This document shows positions 55,584 to 64,000 of a stretch of DNA of 64,000 bases, piece after piece; the first letter of the stretch is position 1, and every line of letters starts with the position of its first letter. The translations under genes and the position numbers were made by a program. The DNA comes from a virus (taxonomy: Duplodnaviria > Caudoviricetes). The notes under the pieces were generated by a model. That model was not told the DNA's origin. It made no database searches and saw only the letters and a program-made list of their open reading frames with translations. The DNA lies in IMG/VR virus record IMGVR_UViG_2933705211_000004, positions 5,884 to 69,883 of that record. One strand, given 5' to 3'.

Positions 55584-57891
55584 GATCTCCCCAACCGTGG
55601 ATTTCAATAATGCCCTTGATGCTGTCGATCGCCGCTTGATCCGCGTTCCGGACGTCAACAATGACTACGCGATGCAAATCGTCAATCTGCTCGGTAAAAG
55701 TTTCCACCCAGGTCTGGGCATGCCTTGCCGGGTTGTACGCGCCCGGGAACGGGCGGGCGAGAAGCGCCGGATTGCGCACATTGTTGAATGGAGGCCAGAA
55801 GGAATGGATACCCTTGATGTCATAGTACTTACCAGTGGTCTCGGAATAGAACTCACCCTTATCGGCTACCTCTGGGCGGCGGATGTCCGCCGGGAGGCGC
55901 CCCTGCTCCCGCAGGTCGAGGCCGACCCGGGCCTCGTCCATCGAATCCTCAGTGATCTTGCTTCTGTGATCCGGGTCGTGCTTGAGGTGGTCGAATAGTT
56001 CTGGAGCCCGCTTCTCTACCTCTTCCAGGTGACCCCAGTGCCCGGCCCGCTCCTCAACCGTCAACTCCGGAATCGGCTCGTTCGCACGCTCGCCGGACGT
56101 GTGCTTCTCCGCCTGGCCGTGGCCACCGTTACCGGATCCGTGATCGGCGGAATCGGAGGCATGATGGTCGCCGCCCGCGTTACTGCCGTGGGCCCCGTCG
56201 CCGCCATGGGCGCTCTCCGAGTGGCTACCGGCACCCGTACCCGGGGTGTCGCCATGACCACCGCCACCGGAAGGCGTGTGTGAACCGCCTCCACCAGACG
56301 GCGTGTGCGAACCCGCACCGCTGCCCAAGCCGCCACCGGTCGGGTGGCCCGCGTCGGTGCCGTGGCCGATCGCGCTAGTGCCGGAGTTATGGCCACTGGG
56401 CGGCTCATGACCAGCAGACGGCCCATGTCCCAGGTCATGGGCCGTCCCCCCAATTGCACGCGAACTCCCGTGTCCGAGGCCGTCGGCTATGTGCCCCGCC
56501 CCTGCCAGGGCAGGATTCTTGGGCTCGGTGAGGACCGGGTCCGAAGTGGTGGAGTGGCGCAGTCGTGCCAGGTCGTCTGCGGACATTTCCGCGTGGGCCG
56601 TGACCTTGGTGCCGTTGGGGCGTGTGACGGTGTACTCGCCGTCCTTGAAGGAGAGCTTGGTGCCGTCGGACCATTCGGCGTAGGTGTCGGTGACGTGGGG
56701 GACGTTGGGGTCGTGGGTGAGGTGGGCGGCGTCCGCGAGCGGGCCGATGGACAGGCCCTTGAGGCCCTTGAACACATCGGCGACCTTGACGACGCCGAAC
56801 TTGCCTGCCGTGAAGACGTACGTCATGGGGTCGACGACGCGTCCTACCTTGCCCAGGACGGAGACGGTCTTGGCGACCGCGCCGCCCTTGGCCGCCGCGC
56901 CGGCACCGTCGGTGAAGACAGTTGTCAGCACGTTGAAGGCGACCCCGCCCGCCGCGCGGGCCGGGTTCTTGCCCCACTCGTCGTAGGCGATCAGGGCCTT
57001 GCCGGTCTCCTTGAGCGCGGTGCGGGAATCGCGGAACCACTTGGGCATCATGCTGTCAGGGGTGCTCAAGAAGAGTTCGCGGGCGCCTGGAGTCATGACG
57101 ATGGCCAGGCCCGTGGCGACCTTGGCCAGGCCCTTCCAGGCCTCGCCGGCCGCGTCCCACCCATCGCAGCCGAGCAGGATGTCGATGCCCTTGACGGTGC
57201 CCCAGACCCCGTCGACGATGAAGCCGTCCCATACGAAGCTCTTGCCCTGGTGCCAAAGCCAGCTGAGGCCGGTGTATTCGGGCTCCGCGTAGTTGCCCCA
57301 GGGGGCGTTGTCCAGGTGGTTGAGGTCGTCGGCACTGGCCCCGTACGCGCTGGTGCCCTTGGGCAACATCTGCCCGCCGCTGAGTTTGCCCAGGACCAGG
57401 GTGCTGCCGCCCACCAAAGCGGTGATCTTGTTGTGGCAGGCGATCTCGGCTTCGTAGAACGCCTGCAAGGTGGCCTGGACCTCGTCTTTGAGGCCGTCGT
57501 TGCGGTCCCGCTTCGTCTCGTTGCGCCGCCAGTGGTCGTCGCCCTCGATGCTCGCGGTGAACGCGAACGCCTGTCGTTGCAGGTCTTCGAGCTTCTTCGC
57601 CAGCGGCCGTACTTCCTGGCTGTAGGCGCTCAGCGCACCGGACACCTTCTCCAAGTTGTCCGCGAAGGCGGCGGTCTTCGCGGCCACCGGCGCGGTCGTG
57701 GCGAACAACTGGTCCGCCTCCGGCGCCTTGTAGAACGCCGCCACACCCTGGAAGTTGGAGTGGATGCCCGCTCCGGCATCGCGAAATGCCCCGGCCTCCG
57801 TACTCAGGAGCAGCGTGTCGATGTCCAGGCTGTCCAGGTCGCCGGTGAACTGGGGGATACCCGAGGGCACGATCGCTTCGGGGTCACTCAC
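55564..57891 (-). CDS. WXG100/T7SS polymorphic toxin with putative nuclease C-terminus
   Basis: IPQFTGDL, YKAPEA N-terminus, VWDGFIVDGVWG, Gly/His linker, C-terminal E...GEF....YDIK. Confidence 0.75.
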   Translation of the reverse strand: MSDPEAIVPSGIPQFTGDLDSLDIDTLLLSTEAGAFRDAGAGIHSNFQGVAAFYKAPEADQLFATTAPVAAKTAAFADNLEKVSGALSAYSQEVRPLAKKLEDLQRQAFAFTASIEGDDHWRRNETKRDRNDGLKDEVQATLQAFYEAEIACHNKITALVGGSTLVLGKLSGGQMLPKGTSAYGASADDLNHLDNAPWGNYAEPEYTGLSWLWHQGKSFVWDGFIVDGVWGTVKGIDILLGCDGWDAAGEAWKGLAKVATGLAIVMTPGARELFLSTPDSMMPKWFRDSRTALKETGKALIAYDEWGKNPARAAGGVAFNVLTTVFTDGAGAAAKGGAVAKTVSVLGKVGRVVDPMTYVFTAGKFGVVKVADVFKGLKGLSIGPLADAAHLTHDPNVPHVTDTYAEWSDGTKLSFKDGEYTVTRPNGTKVTAHAEMSADDLARLRHSTTSDPVLTEPKNPALAGAGHIADGLGHGSSRAIGGTAHDLGHGPSAGHEPPSGHNSGTSAIGHGTDAGHPTGGGLGSGAGSHTPSGGGGSHTPSGGGGHGDTPGTGAGSHSESAHGGDGAHGSNAGGDHHASDSADHGSGNGGHGQAEKHTSGERANEPIPELTVEERAGHWGHLEEVEKRAPELFDHLKHDPDHRSKITEDSMDEARVGLDLREQGRLPADIRRPEVADKGEFYSETTGKYYDIKGIHSFWPPFNNVRNPALLARPFPGAYNPARHAQTWVETFTEQIDDLHRVVIVDVRNADQAAIDSIKGIIEIHGWGDHVIWYP

Positions 57892-58276
57892 TGCCGGCCC
57901 GCTTCCCCGAGAACCCCGGCGGAGCAGGTGTCGGCTCCTCCGCAGCAGTGTGCTGTGCCTGCGCAGCCATCTCCAGATCGCCCTTGACGTACTCGTTGGT
58001 CGCCTCGGCCGCCCCGGTCAAGGACTTGCCCGTGCGCTCCACGACGTACCGAAGGTCCTTCTGCCAGTGCTGCATGAACTCACCCAGTGCCGCCGCGACC
58101 GGACCGGTCGCCAGCGCCGGACCGGTATACCCGGCCGCAACCGTGCCCGCAGCGGTCGCCGTACGCGGCAACGTGTCACTCAGATTCGTCCCCGCCGTCG
58201 ACAAACCCTCCGCCGACACCGCCGTCTTCTTCAGCGCACCCTGAACACCAGACGGACTCACATCCCACCCCGTCAC
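57884..58276 (-). CDS. WXG100-like partner (DUF6507-like)
   Basis: WDVSPSGV...GPVAAAL..F...GA..AT..Y..GDLEMAA.AQ. Confidence 0.75.
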   Translation of the reverse strand: MTGWDVSPSGVQGALKKTAVSAEGLSTAGTNLSDTLPRTATAAGTVAAGYTGPALATGPVAAALGEFMQHWQKDLRYVVERTGKSLTGAAEATNEYVKGDLEMAAQAQHTAAEEPTPAPPGFSGKRAGSE

Positions 58277-58357
58277 CGCAAACTCCCCGCTCCCCCATCC
58301 CCGCCCACCGGGCGTCAGCCGGTGGGGTCCCGCAGCCCAAGTCTCCGTGGGCAAGAT

Positions 58358-58854
58358 TCAAGTTCTACCCAATGGGAGTTGCACACGCAACGCGGTTCCG
58401 GGCTGATGAGGCACAGATTCGGCCACCCCGGCGGCCATACAAGCTTGTTCACCGTTTAGCTGCAGCGTTCTGCTCTCCAGCGCCGCGCGCAGGACTCGAC
58501 GGGTGTAGTCCTCCGGCGCGACGTTGGAGGCAGCCGCACCACGGAGGAGAGCTGCGTGGTCATCCTTATCCAGCGTGATGCGCATGGGGTGCCCGCGTAC
58601 GAGGCCAAGGCTGGTCGGCGTAAACACGGTGTGTAAGTGCTCGTTGAGGAGGTTCGCCAGGACCCGCGGAACAGGGTGACGCGGACACTCTCCGCGGCGA
58701 ATCCAACGCCCGACACGGGTGCGGTCGACGGCGACGCCATGGTGTCCGTGATCCCGGCGTCGGGCACGGCGACCACGTCGGTGAGCAGCCGCCTGTTGAT
58801 TTCGAACGGTATGCGGGCGGGCTCGCTGTGACCGAGGCCGTCCGCGATTTTCAA
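58358..58854 (-). pseudogene. probable frameshifted HTH regulator
   Basis: GVAVDRTRVGRWIRRGECP in one frame; likely N-terminal EINRR in another; no clean start. Confidence 0.45.
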
Positions 58855-58887
58855 AGGAGTGGTGAGGGTGATGATCCGCGGCGGGTG

Positions 58888-59190
58888 TCATCGGCACCAG
58901 CGGGTTCTACCCCGATGACCCGAAGGCGCGGGTTGTGGGCGGTGGCGGCAAGCGCCGACCCGGCTGCGAGTCCTCCGCCGCCCACCGGAACGATGATCGC
59001 GGCGAGGCGGGGGGCTTCCTGGAGCATCTCCCGGGCTGCGGTGCCGGCCCGGCAGTGGGTGTCCAGGGCGTCGATGCGCTGCTCGGAAGGAGCCGCGGAA
59101 GTCGGCGATTCGGGCCACGGAGTCGTTGACGACGATCTCGGTAGCGACCACCCAGGTGTGGGGGTGCTGGACGCGGTTGAGGGAACGGAC
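58888..59190 (-). pseudogene. decayed paralogue of the 53985-54485 gene
   Basis: HTWVVATEI...ADFRGSF, then frameshift to QRIDALD, versus HTWVVAAEI...ADFRGSF...QRVDALE. Confidence 0.7.
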
Positions 59191-59366
59191 GGTGGGCTCT
59201 ACGGTCACGTGCTGACCTCTCCCATGAAGAACCGAAGCCCGCTCCAAGGGCCTGTTTACTGTGGGAGACGCGCCAGCCCTCGTCTTCGTTACGTCAAACG
59301 GGGCGGGTGAGGCGGGTGCCTTGCTCACCCGTTGATCAACTACACGAGGGGCTGCGCTGGCCTTGC

Positions 59367-59420
59367 TCCTATCCTGGCCTCTGCGACAGCACCAGCGCTG
59401 TCGTAGAGGCCAGGATAGGA
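59367..59420 (+). promoter_or_regulatory. long hairpin covering the RBS of the HTH gene
   Basis: TCCTATCCTGGCCTCTGCGACAGC / GCTGTCGTAGAGGCCAGGATAGGA: 24 bp with one G-U pair. Confidence 0.65.
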
Positions 59421-59423
59421 ACG

Positions 59424-59867
59424 ATGACAGCGGGCGATGCCCAGCGCAGGAGCGATGCCCTGGCACAGGACATCATCGACCGCTACCTCGAAGGTGAGAC
59501 CGCCTCGAAGATCGGTCTGGAGCTGGGCGTCGGTGAACGGGCAGTCTTCCGGGTGCTGAAGCGCCACGAGGTGCCCGTACGCGGGCCGCGCAAGAAGCTG
59601 CCTCTGAGCAATGCAGAGATCTGCCAGCTCTATCTGGACGAGCGGCAGGAGATCCAGATGATCGCCAAGAGTCTGGGGGTCAGCCGCCACACGATCGCCC
59701 TGCGGCTCACGGAGTCGGGAGTGCGGCGGCCGGTGGGGCATCGTCGGATGGACTTGCCTGACGCGGAAATCGTGGCTCGGTACGACGCCGGCGAGTCGAT
59801 CCAGTCGCTGGCGAACGCGTTCGGGGTGTCCCGCGCCACGGTCAAGAAGAGGATCAAGGAGCGCTGA
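59424..59867 (+). CDS. triple-HTH DNA-binding protein
   Basis: Three repeats of I...Y..G.....I...(L/F)GVS...(V/I)...L. Confidence 0.8.
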   Translation: MTAGDAQRRSDALAQDIIDRYLEGETASKIGLELGVGERAVFRVLKRHEVPVRGPRKKLPLSNAEICQLYLDERQEIQMIAKSLGVSRHTIALRLTESGVRRPVGHRRMDLPDAEIVARYDAGESIQSLANAFGVSRATVKKRIKER

Positions 59868-60086
59868 TCAGCGGTGTGAGGCCTGGCAGCGCCAGGCTTG
59901 GGGCGGCGTGAATCATGCCCCCGGTGGCTACCTAGGGAGTGCCACTGACAACTTTGGGTGATAGTGCGAGGCCATCGGGAAGCCGGGCCGATGATCATGT
60001 TCCGGGGGTCGGAACGAGGCCCGTCACGGGTGGGGCGGGAGATAGGGTGGAGGCTTCCCACGACCCGCCTCGGAGGTGCCTGCCCG

Positions 60087-63000
60087 GTGTCCGACAGCTT
60101 TGTTCACCTGCACAATCACACCGAATATTCGATGCTTGACGGCGCCCAGCGGCTCAAGCCGATGTTCACCGAAGTCGCGCGTCAGGGCATGCCCGCCATC
60201 GCCATGAGTGATCACGGCAACATGTTCGGTGCCTATGAGTTCCAGCAGGTGGCCAAGGGATTCGACGGCGTCAAGCCGATCATCGGGATTGAGGCGTACG
60301 TCGCACCGTCCGGGCGACGCAACCGCAAGCAGGAGTTCTGGGGCCCCGGCGGTCAGCGGGCCATGTCCGACGACGGCGAAGGCTCCAAAGACGTGTCCGG
60401 CGGCGGCCGCTTCACCCACATGACGATGTGGGCCCGCAACGTCGAGGGCCTGCGGAACCTGATGCTGCTCTCCACCGAGGCGTCGTACACGGGCCAGTTC
60501 CCAGCAGGCAAGCCGCGCATGGACATGGAGCTGATCTCCGAGCACGCCGGAGGGATCATCGGGACGACCGGCTGCCCCTCAGGTGCGATCCAGACCCGGC
60601 TGCGGCTGAACCAGTACGACGAGGCGCGCGAGGTCGCGGCCGCCTACCAGGACATTCTCGGCAAGGAGAACTACTTCCTGGAGCTGATGGACCACGGCCT
60701 GGACCTGGAACGCAATGTCCGCGGCGACCTGCTGCGCTTGGCCAAAGACTTGAATATCCCGCTGCTGGCCACGAACGACGCGCACTACGTCCTCGAAGAG
60801 CACGCGGACGCGCACGACAACCTGCTGTGCATCGGCGTGGGCAAGAACAAGGCCGACCCGAACCGGTTCCGGTTCAGCGGCACCGGCTACTACCTGAAGA
60901 CCGCAGCGCAGATGCGGGAGCTGTTCTCCGAGATTCCCGAGGCCTGCGACAACACCCTGCTGATCGCCGAGCGCATCGAGTCCTACGACGAGGTCTTCGA
61001 CCACAAGGACGAGATGCCGGACTTCCCGGATGTCCCCGAGGGCGAGACCCAGGAGTCGTGGCTGCGCAAGGAGACCCTCAAGGGCCTGGAGATGCGCTAC
61101 GGCTCGCCCATCCCGGACCAGGTCCTGGAGCGGTTCGAGACGGAGATGACCGTCATCGGCCCCATGGGCTTCTCCTCGTACTTCCTCGTCGTCGCGGACA
61201 TCTGCAAGTACGCCCGTGACAACAAGGTGCCGGTCGGACCGGGCCGTGGCTCGGCGACCGGATCCATCGTCGCCTACGCGACCCGCATCACCGAGCTGTG
61301 CCCTCTGGAACACGGGCTGCTGTTCGAGCGGTTCCTGAACCCCGAGCGCATCAACCCCCCGGATGTCGACCTCGACTTCGACGACCGCCAGCGCGACCGC
61401 ATGGTGCGCTACGTCGTGGAGAAGTACGGCGACGAGTACACCGCCATGGTGAACACCTTCGGCAAGCTCAAGGCCAAGAACGCGATCAAGGACACGAGCC
61501 GTATCCTCGCCTACCCCTTCGCCCACGGCGAGCGGATCACCAAGGCGCTGCCGCCGGACGTGATGGGCAAGTCGATCTCGATCGACGGGATCTTCGACCC
61601 GAGCGACAAGCGGTACGGGGAGGCCGGCGAGATCCGCGCCCTGTACGAGAATGAGCCGGACGTCAAGAAGGTCGTGGATGGAGCCAAGGGCGTCGAGGGC
61701 CTGATCCGCGGCACCGGCGTCCACGCGGCCGCAGTCATTCTGTCCAAGACCAAGCTCACCGACCGTATCCCGCTCCACATGCGGGCCAAGGACGGCGTCA
61801 AGATCACCGGCTTCGACTACCCCAGTTGCGAGAACATGGGGCTGGTCAAGATGGACTTCCTCGGGCTGCGGAACCTGGGCGTGATCGACCAGGCCATCGA
61901 GAACGTGCGAGAGAACCGCGGGATCAACCTGTCCACCGAGACGATCCCGCTGGACGACAAGAGAACGTACGAGCTGCTGGCCAGCGGCGAGACGTACGGC
62001 ATCTTCCAGCTCGACGGCGCGGGAATGCGCACACTGCTCAAGCTGATGGAGCCCACCCGCTTCGAAGACATCGCCGCAGCCCTCGCGCTCTACCGGCCGG
62101 GCCCGATGGCGGCGAACGCGCACACCAACTACGCGCACCGCAAGAACGGCCGCCAGGAGATCGCACCGATCCACCCCGAGCTCCGCGACCCGCTGGAGCC
62201 CATCCTCGGTACCACCTTCCACCTGCTCGTTTACCAAGAGCAGATCATGGCCGTGGCCCGGCAGCTCGCCGGTTACACGCTCGGTGGCGCCGACCTGCTG
62301 CGCCGCGCCATGGGTAAGAAGAAGCCCGAGGTGCTGGCTGCTGAGTGGGACAAGTTCTCGTCCGGCATGATCGGCAAGAACGGCTACTCGGAGGAAGCCA
62401 CCAAGGCGCTCTGGGACGTCATGCTGCCGTTCTCCGGCTACGCGTTCAACAAGTCACACACCGCCGGATACGGCCTGGTGTCGTTCTGGACGGCCTACCT
62501 CAAGGCGAACTTCCCCGCCGAGTACATGGCCGCGCTGCTCACGTCGGTGGGCGACGACAAGGACAAGGCCGGGCTGTATCTCGCCGATGCCCGCAAGGCC
62601 GGCGTGAACGTGCTCCAGCCCGACGTGAACGAGTCCGTGGCCGAGTTCACCGCCGTCGGCGACGACGTCCGGTTCGGCCTGAAATCGGTCCGCAACGTCG
62701 GCGAGGGCGTCATCGAGTCCCTGGTCACCACACGCAAGTCGAAGGGGAAATACACCTCCTTCCCCGACTTCCTCGACAAGGCCGAAATCGCCGCCCTGAA
62801 CAAACGAGCCGTCGAATCTTTGATCAAGGCCGGCGCGTTCGACTCCCTCGGGCACACCCGCAAGGGCCTGTCTGCCGCCCACGAGCCCGCGATCGACGCG
62901 GTCATCCCGGTGAAGAAGGCCGAGGCCTACGGGCAGGATGACCTCTTCGCCGGACTCGGCGGCAGCGACAGCGACACCCCCGCGTTCGGGCTGGACTTCC

Positions 63001-63653
63001 CGATCGACGAGACCGAGTGGCCCCGCAAAATCCTGCTCGCCACCGAGCGGGAGATGCTCGGCCTGTACGTCTCCGCCCACCCGCTGGACGGCACCGAACA
63101 CGTTCTGTCCCGCAACCGAGACACCACCATCAACGACATCATCGAGTCCGGCCAGGAACGCCAGGTCAAACTCGCCGGCCTGATCACCAACGTCGAGCGG
63201 AAAGTGACCAAGCAGGGCAATAACTGGGCCCTGATCCAGCTCGCCGACCGTGACGGACAGATCGAGGTCTGCTTCTTCCCGGCCACCTACCAGCTCGTGG
63301 GACACGCCCTGATCGCGGACACCGTGGTGTCCGTCACCGGCCGCTCCCAGGACCGGGACGGCACGATGAACATCATCGGCCAGGAACTCCAGGAACTCGA
63401 CGTGTCCTCCGCCGAGAACGGCGGCCGCCCCCCGGTCCAGTTGTTCTTGCGCGCCCACCAGGTCAACCCGCCCACCGTCCAAAAGCTCAAGGGAATCCTC
63501 TCCGCGCACCGGGGAGAGAGCCCCGTCCGTCTCCAGGTCCGCACCCCCGACAAGACCGTCGTCTACGAACTCGGCTACCTGGTCGACCCGACGTCGGTGG
63601 CCTCCGACGTGAAGGGCACGTTCGGGCCCGACGCCTGGATCGGCGTGGCGTGA
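60087..63653 (+). CDS. dnaE: DNA polymerase III alpha subunit
   Basis: FVHLHNHTEYSMLDG PHP domain, GPGRGSA, PPDVDLDF, KMDFLGL, YAFNKSH, OB fold. Confidence 0.97.
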   Translation: MSDSFVHLHNHTEYSMLDGAQRLKPMFTEVARQGMPAIAMSDHGNMFGAYEFQQVAKGFDGVKPIIGIEAYVAPSGRRNRKQEFWGPGGQRAMSDDGEGSKDVSGGGRFTHMTMWARNVEGLRNLMLLSTEASYTGQFPAGKPRMDMELISEHAGGIIGTTGCPSGAIQTRLRLNQYDEAREVAAAYQDILGKENYFLELMDHGLDLERNVRGDLLRLAKDLNIPLLATNDAHYVLEEHADAHDNLLCIGVGKNKADPNRFRFSGTGYYLKTAAQMRELFSEIPEACDNTLLIAERIESYDEVFDHKDEMPDFPDVPEGETQESWLRKETLKGLEMRYGSPIPDQVLERFETEMTVIGPMGFSSYFLVVADICKYARDNKVPVGPGRGSATGSIVAYATRITELCPLEHGLLFERFLNPERINPPDVDLDFDDRQRDRMVRYVVEKYGDEYTAMVNTFGKLKAKNAIKDTSRILAYPFAHGERITKALPPDVMGKSISIDGIFDPSDKRYGEAGEIRALYENEPDVKKVVDGAKGVEGLIRGTGVHAAAVILSKTKLTDRIPLHMRAKDGVKITGFDYPSCENMGLVKMDFLGLRNLGVIDQAIENVRENRGINLSTETIPLDDKRTYELLASGETYGIFQLDGAGMRTLLKLMEPTRFEDIAAALALYRPGPMAANAHTNYAHRKNGRQEIAPIHPELRDPLEPILGTTFHLLVYQEQIMAVARQLAGYTLGGADLLRRAMGKKKPEVLAAEWDKFSSGMIGKNGYSEEATKALWDVMLPFSGYAFNKSHTAGYGLVSFWTAYLKANFPAEYMAALLTSVGDDKDKAGLYLADARKAGVNVLQPDVNESVAEFTAVGDDVRFGLKSVRNVGEGVIESLVTTRKSKGKYTSFPDFLDKAEIAALNKRAVESLIKAGAFDSLGHTRKGLSAAHEPAIDAVIPVKKAEAYGQDDLFAGLGGSDSDTPAFGLDFPIDETEWPRKILLATEREMLGLYVSAHPLDGTEHVLSRNRDTTINDIIESGQERQVKLAGLITNVERKVTKQGNNWALIQLADRDGQIEVCFFPATYQLVGHALIADTVVSVTGRSQDRDGTMNIIGQELQELDVSSAENGGRPPVQLFLRAHQVNPPTVQKLKGILSAHRGESPVRLQVRTPDKTVVYELGYLVDPTSVASDVKGTFGPDAWIGVA

Positions 63654-64000
63654 CCGAGCCAGACGAGGAGACAGAGCTCCGTCTGGCCGACCTACCGCCG
63701 TGCCCGCGCTGCGGCGGTACCACGCTGCTCGCCGTCCGCTACCCGCACAGCTGGCGCAACGCCCGGGGAAAGGATGTGACCGGCTTGCGGGAAGCGGTGC
63801 TCTGTCCGGACTGCGACCACGGGCAGGAGACGGCCGATGCGCTGCTCGCCCTGTTCACGGTGGACGGGCAGCTGGACTTCGCCAACATGGAGGTGTTCGG
63901 CGAACTCGCTGGGGCCTGGGTGAAGTCGGTGCGGGCCCGGACGGTTGATCCGGCGATGCTTGATGATGAGTACGAACGGTGGCAGCGCGGCGAGCTGTGA
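63650..64000 (+). CDS. zinc-finger hypothetical protein (DUF6300-like)
   Basis: CPRCG...LCPDCD; GTGA overlap with dnaE. Confidence 0.7.
   Translation: MTEPDEETELRLADLPPCPRCGGTTLLAVRYPHSWRNARGKDVTGLREAVLCPDCDHGQETADALLALFTVDGQLDFANMEVFGELAGAWVKSVRARTVDPAMLDDEYERWQRGEL

Overview
High-GC (Streptomyces-like) window almost entirely occupied by a siphovirus-type prophage or phage-plasmid. The minus strand carries a head-neck-tail-lysis module: portal+MuF, a 5464-aa N6-methyltransferase/SNF2-helicase (DarB-like) protein, a prohead protease fused to a 2H phosphoesterase, HK97-fold capsid, neck, tail tube, frameshifted chaperone, tape measure, tail tip, holin, amidase, ParB-like and small-terminase-like genes. 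A plus-strand replication/recombination block lies at 3.1-8.9 kb. A WXG100/T7SS toxin-immunity islet and a full dnaE lie at the right end. No large terminase, integrase or cas gene was recognised in the window. Main observations: (1) a Cas-less type I-E mini-CRISPR array with 20- and 27-nt spacers and its own promoter; (2) a putative capsid-cargo system, with a peptide shared between the protease C-terminus and the giant protein, and recurring E-x-K-(S/A/T) sites in head proteins; (3) a TnpV-like gene nested out of frame inside the giant ORF; (4) about 16 copies of one late-promoter motif; (5) a GGCGCGCC array; (6) a tRNA-like leader. All family assignments come from recognising motifs by eye, not from database searches.
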